From positions 1 to 64,000 of the IMG/VR virus record IMGVR_UViG_3300019762_000007: a stretch of 64,000 nt of DNA. One strand, 5' to 3'. Numbering within the stretch: the stretch's first letter is position 1; every line of letters starts with the position of its first letter. This DNA comes from a virus. Below, piece after piece: positions 18,970-28,138 of the stretch. Made by a program: the position numbers and the translations under genes. The notes beneath the pieces were generated by a model, which ran no database searches, had not been told where the DNA came from, and worked only from the letters and a program-made list of their open reading frames with translations.

Positions 18970-19579
18970 ATTTATTGTATCTCTCTTTGTAGAATGTATC
19001 TACATAGTCAACTGATTGTTGCTCTTGTAAAGGTACTATTCTTGTTATAATATTATTTATCCTTTGCATTTGATCTGGAGTAGGAATGTAAGTCTCTGCT
19101 CTAGCTTGTCTACAATAGGAGAACCATTGCTGTTGTGCGTATTGATGAGATATCTGCTTATTTGGTAAATTCCCCTGAAGAGCTAGATACATACAACAAC
19201 ACCACATTAAAGCTTCTTCAAATGCAGGGCTATCTGGTATCTTAGGGTACCCCTCATCGTCTACTGCAAATCTTTTATAAACTAGTGTAACTTCTCCCTC
19301 TCTGTCCGCTACTATTATCTTATCACCTCTAGATACAAAATCACTATTATCTATTAATCTTACAGGTAGTATAAGATCTACTGGAAATCTACCAGTATAA
19401 TCTACAATTTTAATTTTCGCAGAAGTAGTTTCATAGAAATCACCACCTATTTGAGATAGCCCCCAAATACACCATTCTATCATATCTTGCATAGGTATTT
19501 CACTCTTACCTACTAGTCCTAATTTCCTAACTATTGCCCCAAGTATGGTTTTCATTGAGGTCATGTTGTTTGTTACCAT
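18959..19579 (-). CDS. Tail tubular / ring protein (Ttub)
   Basis: 206 aa; YKRFAVDDEGYPKIPD, QWFSYCRQAR; immediately upstream of the muzzle gene. Confidence 0.8.
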   Translation of the reverse strand: MVTNNMTSMKTILGAIVRKLGLVGKSEIPMQDMIEWCIWGLSQIGGDFYETTSAKIKIVDYTGRFPVDLILPVRLIDNSDFVSRGDKIIVADREGEVTLVYKRFAVDDEGYPKIPDSPAFEEALMWCCCMYLALQGNLPNKQISHQYAQQQWFSYCRQARAETYIPTPDQMQRINNIITRIVPLQEQQSVDYVDTFYKERYNKYGN

Positions 19580-19584
19580 ATTCT

Positions 19585-20016
19585 CTAGTATTTTATTTTT
19601 ACTGATGCAGGAAACAATTGAGATTTAACTTTAGCTACACTTGCACAAGCTCTACTAGCTGCTCTACAAGGTTTAAAACTATAGAAACTTCTACCCTTCA
19701 CTCTGCATTTACTTTTGGACCAATGCCATTTAAGTGACCATCCATTACTATGGTCATTTTCATGATATACTATCTTACCAGTAGTATTAAATATATTGTA
19801 ATCTAATTGCTTATATTTAGCTTTAAATTTACGTATACTAATACTATTTACATAAGGCAGTTTTACATCTCTACCTTCTAAGCATTTCCTAACTATTTTC
19901 TTATTAATAGTTTCACATACTGCTCTAAACTCTTTTAATGTTAGAGTATTATCAGCATCCTCTTTATATATAAGGTATGCGTCATACATACCCTTTTCAC
20001 CATAACTAACCTTCAT
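19585..20016 (-). CDS. IHF/HU-like DNA-binding protein (crAss IHF homolog)
   Basis: 143 aa, basic; GRDVKLPYVNSISIRK...YHENDHSNGW...YSFKPCR; conserved position before Ttub. Confidence 0.7.
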   Translation of the reverse strand: MKVSYGEKGMYDAYLIYKEDADNTLTLKEFRAVCETINKKIVRKCLEGRDVKLPYVNSISIRKFKAKYKQLDYNIFNTTGKIVYHENDHSNGWSLKWHWSKSKCRVKGRSFYSFKPCRAASRACASVAKVKSQLFPASVKIKY

Positions 20017-20666
20017 TATTTAATATCATTTCCATCATTTATATCATCTTTAGGTATAGATAAAGCTCTAGTCTCAGAACTTAAAAATAGATTTTGCATC
20101 TGTGCCATCCAGTTACTAGGAAATGGGTATTCCCAATCATAATATAATTCCTTATTTGTCTTGTTAAAATTTATCACATCTCTTGGAGATTCTGCAACAA
20201 GCGTTACCATTACATCATCTAATGCTGTAAGGTCAGGAGTTACTACAAAAATATAACCATCTTTAAAATACCACCTATTAGTATTAGCTGTATATCTTCT
20301 GTATCTCTCTAGATTTGATAGTTCAAATGTTGTTCTTAGAAATGGTAAATAATCATCCTTAAGTCCTACAAAAGTTATACCGTCAGAATCTGGAAGAGAT
20401 ATAGGAGTGGGTATTTTTACCTTAGATCTTAACACTACTGTACCATCAGGTGAAGAAAGTACTGGCGATTTTTCCAAATCAACACTATATATAGTCTGTT
20501 CAAAACCGCTAATTGGTTTACCAGCGGCAGCTTTCTGATTCGCTAACATAGCTCTGTAGTAATCAACTATAAATTCTATTTGCCTGTTAGTAAGTTTATA
20601 ATCGTCAGAAGTTATCCCACCATTCTGTAGATTCTTTAGATTATAAATTATTTTAGATAGTATCAT
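20016..20666 (-). CDS. Tail ring protein
   Basis: 216 aa; LTNRQIEFIVDYYRAML, YRRYT...WYFKDGYIFV, DDINDG C-terminus; synteny. Confidence 0.7.
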   Translation of the reverse strand: MILSKIIYNLKNLQNGGITSDDYKLTNRQIEFIVDYYRAMLANQKAAAGKPISGFEQTIYSVDLEKSPVLSSPDGTVVLRSKVKIPTPISLPDSDGITFVGLKDDYLPFLRTTFELSNLERYRRYTANTNRWYFKDGYIFVVTPDLTALDDVMVTLVAESPRDVINFNKTNKELYYDWEYPFPSNWMAQMQNLFLSSETRALSIPKDDINDGNDIK

Positions 20667-20689
20667 ATTAAATTTTTTTTAAATATACG

Positions 20690-20720
20690 AAAAAAAGAGG
20701 GTATGTTTAATACCCTCTTT
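20690..20720 (-). terminator. Intrinsic terminator
   Basis: AAAGAGGGTA/TACCCTCTTT stem plus U-run after the 303-aa gene. Confidence 0.75.
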
Positions 20721-20744
20721 ACATTAATCTTATTTTATAATCTT

Positions 20745-21656
20745 TTAAGTTAAATAACTATCTAAGTAAGTCTCTATGTCTGCATCTGTAGAATCAAATG
20801 CAATTACTGTACTTACTGGAGAATCATCTAACTTCTCTGCAAAAGCAGATACTGGTAAGAATGATTCAACTGTATAGATGTCATAAGTCTTAGAATCGTC
20901 AGCAATATGTGGAAATAAATCAACTCTGTAATCCATAAGATCTGTTTGTCCCCAATTTGCTTGCGCCATAAATTCAAGTTCTCGTACTTGAATTGGTAGG
21001 CCATACCCAGCAAAGCCTTCTTGAATAACTTCTGGTGTAATACCAACAAAAGTCTCGCTAATTGCCATTTGGAATCTTACATACTCATACTTATTAATTG
21101 ATTTAGTAGGAATTGAAATACCTTCAAATTTAACGCCATAGTTACCAGCTCCATCAGTAATTACTGTTGCAGTAGCATATCTAGAGGGTTGCATATTGAA
21201 GTCAGTAGCGATACCTGTTGCAATTTCCAATTGAGTAGCTGTAGCGTCACTTTTATAATTAAAAGTAGTACTAGCTTGTTTAGATGCAATAAGTCTTAAC
21301 TCATCATTATAAATAAGTCTACCTTGATATGTAGTACTATTAGCTACAGGCAAAGCTCCAGAAGTACCATTATATCCAATGGTCATAATATGAGATGTTG
21401 CAGCAGCATAAGCTGTTTTCTGTACGTTTCTTAATTTTGCTTTGTTAATAACGGATGACATAATAAATTCACCATCACCTGTACCCATAGCTACTACAAT
21501 TTTACTTGTATCAGCAGCTACTGGATTTACTTTATAATTTGCAGCATCTAATACTACAATTTCGCCTTTAGCTAAAGTTAATTCTGTAATATCTTTAGTA
21601 TTAGCTGCTGTCGCATTTTTAGTGTGAGCGACAATCACTCTTTGTACGTTGTTCAT
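20745..21656 (-). CDS. Auxiliary capsid / abundant structural protein
   Basis: 303 aa, Ala/Thr-rich; GYGLPIQVRELE motif; has its own terminator; synteny with the crAss auxiliary capsid gene. Confidence 0.6.
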   Translation of the reverse strand: MNNVQRVIVAHTKNATAANTKDITELTLAKGEIVVLDAANYKVNPVAADTSKIVVAMGTGDGEFIMSSVINKAKLRNVQKTAYAAATSHIMTIGYNGTSGALPVANSTTYQGRLIYNDELRLIASKQASTTFNYKSDATATQLEIATGIATDFNMQPSRYATATVITDGAGNYGVKFEGISIPTKSINKYEYVRFQMAISETFVGITPEVIQEGFAGYGLPIQVRELEFMAQANWGQTDLMDYRVDLFPHIADDSKTYDIYTVESFLPVSAFAEKLDDSPVSTVIAFDSTDADIETYLDSYLT

Positions 21657-21714
21657 CTTTAATTTGTTTTTAAGTTAATACTCTGAAAACGTGTTACAAT
21701 ATAAGCAAATTTTT

Positions 21715-21903
21715 TTATTGCTTATTCATATTCTCTAATGTTTTCTTTTTAATTTTATTATCTACTCTAGCATTAGGTATTTTGAAACCTATAAACCATA
21801 CCAAAGTAACTATAGCTACACAAATAGATAGCACAGTACTTATCTGTACGAGTGTTATATTTAGAAGTATTGTTCCCAATAGGGTAAAGTAGTCTTTAAT
21901 CAT
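21715..21903 (-). CDS. Small membrane protein, holin-like
   Basis: 62 aa, hydrophobic N-terminal half, basic C-tail. Confidence 0.45.
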   Translation of the reverse strand: MIKDYFTLLGTILLNITLVQISTVLSICVAIVTLVWFIGFKIPNARVDNKIKKKTLENMNKQ

Positions 21904-21935
21904 TCTACATATTATAAATTATTTTTATTATTTCC

Positions 21936-22361
21936 CTAAAGTAGTAAAAGAATTATTAATAGAATAATAGTACTACCACCAATTTTATAAATTACTTTAG
22001 ATTTCTCGATCTTTTTGTCTTTATATGAACACTCTTCAAGAAGATCATTTGTTTCAGCTATAGCTTCTCTTGCTTGTTTTTCTGATACTTTTAACTGTAC
22101 ATGTAATGTATTGGTTATAGAATCTCTAATAGCCATAGAATTATGTAAATTCTTAATTAAACTATCAGTGATAATTTTCTCTGCCTTTAATACCTCATAA
22201 TCAGAATAAACTATATTAGCTATCTTTATTTGATATAAATGTACTGTCTTTAAAGAGTCTCTCTGTCCATTCATCGAACCATACAGAGTGTACGGAGTTA
22301 CCAATAAGCATAATAGAATCCCTAGTAGTTTTACTACTTCTTTTAAGTTTTTCATACTCAA
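21936..22361 (-). CDS. Spanin-like membrane coiled-coil protein
   Basis: N-terminal signal/TM containing Cys, coiled coil and C-terminal TM; overlaps the upstream gene by 146 nt. Confidence 0.45.
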   Translation of the reverse strand: MSMKNLKEVVKLLGILLCLLVTPYTLYGSMNGQRDSLKTVHLYQIKIANIVYSDYEVLKAEKIITDSLIKNLHNSMAIRDSITNTLHVQLKVSEKQAREAIAETNDLLEECSYKDKKIEKSKVIYKIGGSTIILLIILLLL

Positions 22362-22578
22362 GTATTTGTTTATTTAGTATACTATCTAAATCAGACTTCA
22401 CTACTAGTAGGCTGTCATACTTTCTTACAAGTGTATCTTTGTATACAACTCGCTCAGTAGTTACCTCTACTACTTTAGGGGAATAAATAAGTTTCCACAA
22501 AAGTAGAAGTATAAAGAGTACTAGTACTGCTATACTAAAGTTCTTCATCTGTAAATAGTTTAGTAACTGTCTTAACAA
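22216..22578 (-). CDS. i-spanin-like protein (likely start MKNFSIAV)
   Basis: N-terminal TM followed by a coiled coil; overlapping gene pair. Confidence 0.45.
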   Translation of the reverse strand: MLRQLLNYLQMKNFSIAVLVLFILLLLWKLIYSPKVVEVTTERVVYKDTLVRKYDSLLVVKSDLDSILNKQILEYEKLKRSSKTTRDSIMLIGNSVHSVWFDEWTERLFKDSTFISNKDS

Positions 22579-22765
22579 TCAGAACAACTGAAGTGATTCC
22601 AAACACTAACCATAGCTTTGTAGTATCTCCAAAAGGAGCTTGGGTAACTGCAAGTTGCCATAATGGTAAAGAGTATAAACAAGTATCAGCGATTCTTTTT
22701 AAAGTTATTGGAGTTCTTTTATTGAAGTTGCTTAGCTTCATTCCTCTATTTTTCTTTTCTGTCAT
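22535..22765 (-). CDS. Putative holin
   Basis: 76 aa, two hydrophobic segments, TPITLKRIAD motif, charged ends. Confidence 0.5.
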   Translation of the reverse strand: MTEKKNRGMKLSNFNKRTPITLKRIADTCLYSLPLWQLAVTQAPFGDTTKLWLVFGITSVVLIVKTVTKLFTDEEL

Positions 22766-23069
22766 AACCTATAATTATTAATATTAAACCTATTATAGCT
22801 AAATAGCCATAAGTTACATACTCTGAGTTTTCTGTGATTATTTTAAACATTACAGCTATACCATATAAACATCTTAGAGATCCTACCAATAAGGCTACAT
22901 TTACAAATTTCTTTATATTAGCCTTACTAAAATTTCTAATATACAGTAAAAGAAATAGAGTAGTTAAACTTTCCTTCATAAAATATATAGCATTCCAAGC
23001 GTCATTGTCGCTTGAAAATGCTACATAAATTACTGTAACTAATAACCATATTAGTACACCGTTCTTCAT
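22746..23069 (-). CDS. Four-TM membrane protein
   Basis: 107 aa with four hydrophobic helices. Confidence 0.5.
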   Translation of the reverse strand: MKNGVLIWLLVTVIYVAFSSDNDAWNAIYFMKESLTTLFLLLYIRNFSKANIKKFVNVALLVGSLRCLYGIAVMFKIITENSEYVTYGYLAIIGLILIIIGYDRKEK

Positions 23070-23160
23070 ACTTATACCTTTACTGGAGGTTTAGTTGGTG
23101 CTACTACTTTTTCTCCTTCTTCAATCTCATTCTCTTCGTTCATAATTTGAATTTATTTAA

Positions 23161-23823
23161 TTAATATTTCTTTTGCTCTGTAAAAATAATACTTATATTT
23201 TTTATTTCTATGTTAGTTAATGTAGCGCTAGATTTAACATAGAGTTCAAATATATTATCTTTATCAACAGACATTATATCTGTGTTTACTATAGTCGCGA
23301 AAACTGAAGAGTTAGCGAAACCATAATCAGTACTTTTAAATAACTCTCCATTTTTGTATAGTGCTAAGGTAATTGTACATGGTTTATTTACAGACACTAA
23401 AGCCCTGCCTATATATAAATACCTACCTGACACATTAGCTGTTAGATGGTTATTAGTAGTTGACACCCATCCTGTGTTTAAAGGGGTTTCGTCCCAAACG
23501 CCACCAATCTTGTAGTATTGTTCATCAGTAGTCGCTACTACTGTATGTCCTGTAGACATCATTGATTCTCCAACATTAGAGTCCAATTTAATATAATCAA
23601 ATGTATCCCACTTAACCCAAGTACTGGAAACATATTTCTCTAATATAATTGTACCAGTTTCATCAAAATGTTGCCAGTAGTCTCCTTCATTAGGTGATGA
23701 TAGTGTTCCTCCATTAGAGCTCCAATAACTTTCAGACAATGTAGGAGGAATCACACCAGAAGGATTTACATCTAATAATAATGGTAAGCCTGTCAGTGCG
23801 TCTATATAAATTCTATGCGCCAT
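23161..23823 (-). CDS. Hypothetical virion protein (C1q/TNF-like beta-sandwich C-terminus)
   Basis: 220 aa; SGRYLYIG...LALYKNG...DNIFELYV pattern. Confidence 0.4.
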   Translation of the reverse strand: MAHRIYIDALTGLPLLLDVNPSGVIPPTLSESYWSSNGGTLSSPNEGDYWQHFDETGTIILEKYVSSTWVKWDTFDYIKLDSNVGESMMSTGHTVVATTDEQYYKIGGVWDETPLNTGWVSTTNNHLTANVSGRYLYIGRALVSVNKPCTITLALYKNGELFKSTDYGFANSSVFATIVNTDIMSVDKDNIFELYVKSSATLTNIEIKNISIIFTEQKKY

Positions 23824-24056
23824 TATAGATATTTTAAGTTTAATTTATTACTCCAAGACCCTATAGCTACCCTAGCTAACTCCTCTCCAGTTGTATTATC
23901 AGTTCTAATAATATACCACTCCAGTGATGTATCGAGTGTACCTGGTTTTGATAGTCCAGTATAAGTGTAGTCACCTATTACAACAGAAGCCCTTCCAATG
24001 AACCCCTCTGGAACCCCTTTTTGAATTGCATTTACAATTCTAGTAGTGTCATCCAT
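23823..24056 (-). CDS. Hypothetical protein
   Basis: 77 aa; YTYTG...PGT...WYIIR...W..K.NLKY. Confidence 0.5.
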   Translation of the reverse strand: MDDTTRIVNAIQKGVPEGFIGRASVVIGDYTYTGLSKPGTLDTSLEWYIIRTDNTTGEELARVAIGSWSNKLNLKYL

Positions 24057-24058
24057 AT

Positions 24059-24715
24059 TTATTTAATTTTAAAAATTTCATTTATTTGTGGTTGGGTTGC
24101 CATTCTAGGCGACTCCCACGTATCCAGTATTAAAGTTACTGCTGCGTCTATCACATCATCTATAAAAGCTAATTTAACAACACTAGTCAGTGTAATCTCT
24201 TCTGGCTTCTTTAGGTAATTAAACAATATCTTAGTGACAGTGTTACCTGTGCCAGCATCTGACTGTATATAGTTGTCAGAAAAGAACGACACAGGCTCTA
24301 CTTCGTTAGGTTTATTGAAAGGATCAGAATAAACTTCTCCTAAATTATCTATCTTTTGTAGCTTAGGTGTGTGTGATACTGTTTCAGAATTATCGGCTCG
24401 TTTTATTATTACTGAATGCCTCACATGAAACAAGTAGTCACTTGGTAAAGGAGCTACTCCATTTACAGCATTTATACTAGCAGTAACTACCAATGAGTTT
24501 AACTCATCGGTAGAATACTGATTTTTTTGAAACCCTTCTCTGTCATTAGAGGCTATACCTCTATTAATATTAAAGAAGTATTTTTCTTTAGTTAACTTTA
24601 AGGCAGCCTTATTGAGCATAAGTAGGACCACCTCTGGTTGAATTACTCTGTTCGAGGCTGTGTTTAGTCTATTAAGGTTTACCATAACCTGCAATACTGC
24701 GTCCTTTCCAGTCAT
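24059..24715 (-). CDS. Head-tail ring protein
   Basis: 218 aa; LMLNKA, EGFQKNQ..DELNSLV, LPSDY, DPFNKP, YLKKP; second gene after the MCP. Confidence 0.75.
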   Translation of the reverse strand: MTGKDAVLQVMVNLNRLNTASNRVIQPEVVLLMLNKAALKLTKEKYFFNINRGIASNDREGFQKNQYSTDELNSLVVTASINAVNGVAPLPSDYLFHVRHSVIIKRADNSETVSHTPKLQKIDNLGEVYSDPFNKPNEVEPVSFFSDNYIQSDAGTGNTVTKILFNYLKKPEEITLTSVVKLAFIDDVIDAAVTLILDTWESPRMATQPQINEIFKIK

Positions 24716-24716
24716 A

Positions 24717-25508
24717 TTACTTTAATTCTAATTTTAATTGTTCTGTAAATGTTTTATCCTCTGCTAATTTCTCAGCTGCTTGTGTAATAGAATAACCTAA
24801 GATATTCTCTCCATGCATTACTACTCCTTCATGGGTAATAGAAACAATATTCTTATTTAAGAACTTTCTAAGTAGCACAGTGTACTTTAATAGTTTATTA
24901 TCAATAAAGCTCATAAACTTATTGTAATCTGATTCCATTAAATCGCCTAATTTAGCTTCTACTCCATCTTCAGTAAGTGTTGTAGGATCAAATCCATAAG
25001 CATATAGCATATCAGATCTCTGCTCTAGCGTTAAGTTTTCAAAAGCAGCATTGGCTTTACGTCGTGCTCTACCTCTTTCATTCTCTTTCTTAACTACTTC
25101 TTCCTCTACATATAGAACATAGATAGCATTAGCATTTACATTCAAGTCATCTATACCAACTGCAACTTGTGGTTGTGCTTTAAGGAAGTTGATATAGAGA
25201 TCTTCTAATGGATCATCTGAATTAAGCTCCATTACCTTACCATCTACTTTAATACAGAACATGTCCCAGTATTTTGAATTTGGTGCTAACTCTCCAGGTT
25301 TTAAATTTAACTTCTGTTCAAATAGTTTCTCTGTACCAGGAATTTTAACAGTCCTCCCTTTATCATCTTTACCTTCTGTGTCGCAAGTTAAACCTGTATT
25401 AGGTCTACCATGTTTATCAATAGAAGGTCCAATAGAATCTTTACTTCCTCTGTACTTTAATTTTTTGACCCAAGGGTCCTCTCTTACCAATCTAAACTTG
25501 TAAATCAT
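24717..25508 (-). CDS. Conserved crAss protein downstream of the MCP (gene 75-like)
   Basis: 263 aa; NTGLT, NSKYWDMF, LNSDDPLEDL; synteny. Confidence 0.7.
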   Translation of the reverse strand: MIYKFRLVREDPWVKKLKYRGSKDSIGPSIDKHGRPNTGLTCDTEGKDDKGRTVKIPGTEKLFEQKLNLKPGELAPNSKYWDMFCIKVDGKVMELNSDDPLEDLYINFLKAQPQVAVGIDDLNVNANAIYVLYVEEEVVKKENERGRARRKANAAFENLTLEQRSDMLYAYGFDPTTLTEDGVEAKLGDLMESDYNKFMSFIDNKLLKYTVLLRKFLNKNIVSITHEGVVMHGENILGYSITQAAEKLAEDKTFTEQLKLELK

Positions 25509-25529
25509 ATTTAATTAATTTAATTTCCT

Positions 25530-25537
25530 CAAATATA
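25530..25537 (-). promoter_or_regulatory. Bacteroidota -7 box TATATTTG
   Basis: Exact TAnnTTTG 21 nt upstream of ATG 25508, after the MCP terminator. Confidence 0.6.
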
Positions 25538-25556
25538 CAATAATTTCTAGTAACAA

Positions 25557-25590
25557 TAAAAAAAGAGTTGCAGTTTTTAGTCTGCAACTC
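25557..25590 (-). terminator. Intrinsic terminator after the major capsid gene
   Basis: GAGTTGCAG/CTGCAACTC stem plus U-run. Confidence 0.8.
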
Positions 25591-25649
25591 CTGAAATTAA
25601 ATATTAGATATAGTTGTTGATTGATCTTCTCTAATTAAGATACTAGTTC

Positions 25650-27107
25650 TTAAAAATTACCGCCTACCATTACCAATTCTCCGCATGATGTAGGATCTTG
25701 TACTTGAATACCGATCTCTGCAAGCATATGAACCTTGTAACCGTCGAATCCAGAAGAACCCATAATAGAGATTGACTTCTTAACTCCAGAAGGAGACATA
25801 GAACCGCCCTCATACCACATTACAGTCTCACTATCTCTTTTGGCTACTTTACGAATATTAGCTTTACCATTGATAGTGCCAAAGTTCATGAAAGTGATAC
25901 GGTAAGACTCAATTGGACGACCTGATACAGGGTGTAATTTGCGGTTACGAATAGTATCGTCATAAGGAGCAAATTCTTTCATTGCCAAGTTGATACCATT
26001 AATAAACTCTACACGTTTATAATGACCAGTTAGTAACAAGTCGGAACCAGAACCTCCAATAAACTTAGTATCGTTCACCGTAATACCCATAAGAGCAGTA
26101 TACTCCTTCATGGCTTTACTGAACTCAGACATACCCATTTTACCAGTTAAGCCTACAAAGTTATGATTACCACCACCTTGTGAAGCATTATAAGAAAGCT
26201 CCATTAAGAAATCTTCTAATAACTCATAAGTAAGTTTAGCATAGAAACGCTTATTTGCTGGACTAATTTGTTGACGGAAACCAGCACCAGTATAAACAGG
26301 TCTTTGGTTTTCACCCATTAATTTGACTCTACCTTGTGCATCAGAGTTATAAGTAGATATCAAAAGCATACGGTCAATTTCTTGATACCATTGTGCCATA
26401 GCAGTCCACTCTAACAATTGAGTAAAATAACGTGTTTTCTTAGAACCGTCTGGCGAATATAGTTCGATAACCATAACATCAGTAGCAGCAGAACGAGTAA
26501 TGCTATATTGCTTACGAATAGTAGTAAGTCTATTTTCCAGAGTCATAGGAGCTTGGAAGTCTGTTCCACCTCCGTCAGTTGATCCTTCAGAAACAGTAGA
26601 ATAGTCTTTAGAGAAAGCACCACCTAGGTTAAAGTTTGAAGCAGCATACCATTTATCATTATCTGCTAGAGTAGGTACAATAGTATAAATAAAATCAATA
26701 CCATTACTACGAACTGCTTGTACACGGTACTGGTTACCATCGTTATCTACAATGTTATCAGTAACTTTGAAAAAGTCTTCTGCAAAACGAACCATAATAG
26801 GTGTTTGTCCTTTACCAGGATTCGCTGTAATATTTATTGGTGCTCCAGAGATTTCAATAACACGACCATCTTGCCCATGAAGGTCCCACTTGTACGTATT
26901 ACTATTAATATACTTAGTATTACCGACACCGCCTGTCAAGGCTGCAATAACACTTTCTCCTGTTGTACCAAAAGCATAAGCAAGAACAGATTCAAACTGT
27001 TCTGGTTTTGTTAAGTACAAATTACTTAGGTGAGATGCTTCAGTCATTCCAGTAGGAATAGCTCTCAACTTATGTAATTGTAACGGGCTAACTGTTGTTT
27101 GTTTCAT
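25650..27107 (-). CDS. Major capsid protein (crAss-type HK97 fold)
   Basis: 485 aa; NRLTTIRKQY, TGAGFRQQI, TGKMGMSEF, HPVSGRPIESYR, DGYKVHML..GIQVQDP. Confidence 0.93.
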   Translation of the reverse strand: MKQTTVSPLQLHKLRAIPTGMTEASHLSNLYLTKPEQFESVLAYAFGTTGESVIAALTGGVGNTKYINSNTYKWDLHGQDGRVIEISGAPINITANPGKGQTPIMVRFAEDFFKVTDNIVDNDGNQYRVQAVRSNGIDFIYTIVPTLADNDKWYAASNFNLGGAFSKDYSTVSEGSTDGGGTDFQAPMTLENRLTTIRKQYSITRSAATDVMVIELYSPDGSKKTRYFTQLLEWTAMAQWYQEIDRMLLISTYNSDAQGRVKLMGENQRPVYTGAGFRQQISPANKRFYAKLTYELLEDFLMELSYNASQGGGNHNFVGLTGKMGMSEFSKAMKEYTALMGITVNDTKFIGGSGSDLLLTGHYKRVEFINGINLAMKEFAPYDDTIRNRKLHPVSGRPIESYRITFMNFGTINGKANIRKVAKRDSETVMWYEGGSMSPSGVKKSISIMGSSGFDGYKVHMLAEIGIQVQDPTSCGELVMVGGNF

Positions 27108-27126
27108 TATTATTATAATTTAAAAT

Positions 27127-28125
27127 TTAGTCTTCAATTGTTATCTGTCTATCAAAGAAAGAACCTTCTGGAACTCCTTTACTTTCAGTAACAGTTCTTC
27201 TAGTTGTAAGTCCAGTATTGTGTTTTGGATCAGCTTTTGAGAAGAACTTTCTAGTTTCTCTGACAGCTTCTGTCTTAGCCTTTCTATCAACAGTACCTTT
27301 ATCGACACCTAGATATGACAAATATAAGAGTTTAAGCCTATTTTCCTCTGTATTTTGAAGTTCTGCCTGAGTTTTTCCATCTTTTACTGGCTTAAACAGG
27401 AAATCAACAAAACCTTTTTTAGATTCAGGTGTCATATCATATCCTGCAAGTTTGTCTAATTTCATAATATTAGACTTTACTTCATCTACATATTCTGCCT
27501 CAGCCTTTAATTCAGCTTCTTTTTGTGCCGCTATCTGAGTCTCTTCAAGTTTACTTAGATATTTCTGTGCGACTTTAGCTTCTTTCTCTCCTTTGTCAAG
27601 CTCTAGCATCTCAGTAATCTTCTCCTCTGCCTCTTCTGGATCATATCCAGTTGATTCGTAATAAGCTTTAAGCAAAGTTCTTTGATTCTCTTCTGAACTA
27701 ATATCCATAGAGCCAAATGATCCTACTTCCTCTGTTTCTATAGTAGACATATTAGCCATTAGATTTTCATAATGAGCTTTTATTGCCTTAGTATTATCCT
27801 TCAGCATCTCTTTGAATCCTTTAGGTGTAGGCTCATACTCCTTACCATCTTCTAGAAAGATCAATTCCTCTTCATGTAAAGTATTAGCGATATCCTCAAA
27901 TATTTCAATACTATCTAGCTCTTCTGGAGTTTCTACCGTACCATCTTCTACTACAACTTCGTCTACTAAAACTTCTTCAGTTGTTTTTGTAACTTCTTCT
28001 GTAGCTTCTTCCGCTACTACTACGTCTTCTACTTCAACAGTATCTTCTACTATCTCTGTGTTTTCAACACTCTCTGTAGGTACTTCAAAGTCCCCAAAGA
28101 ATGTATTAAATGTTTCATTTGCCAT
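27127..28125 (-). CDS. Acidic scaffold-like protein between portal and MCP
   Basis: 332 aa, very Glu-rich N-terminus; conserved position. Confidence 0.65.
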   Translation of the reverse strand: MANETFNTFFGDFEVPTESVENTEIVEDTVEVEDVVVAEEATEEVTKTTEEVLVDEVVVEDGTVETPEELDSIEIFEDIANTLHEEELIFLEDGKEYEPTPKGFKEMLKDNTKAIKAHYENLMANMSTIETEEVGSFGSMDISSEENQRTLLKAYYESTGYDPEEAEEKITEMLELDKGEKEAKVAQKYLSKLEETQIAAQKEAELKAEAEYVDEVKSNIMKLDKLAGYDMTPESKKGFVDFLFKPVKDGKTQAELQNTEENRLKLLYLSYLGVDKGTVDRKAKTEAVRETRKFFSKADPKHNTGLTTRRTVTESKGVPEGSFFDRQITIED

Positions 28126-28138
28126 CTTTTATCTATAT

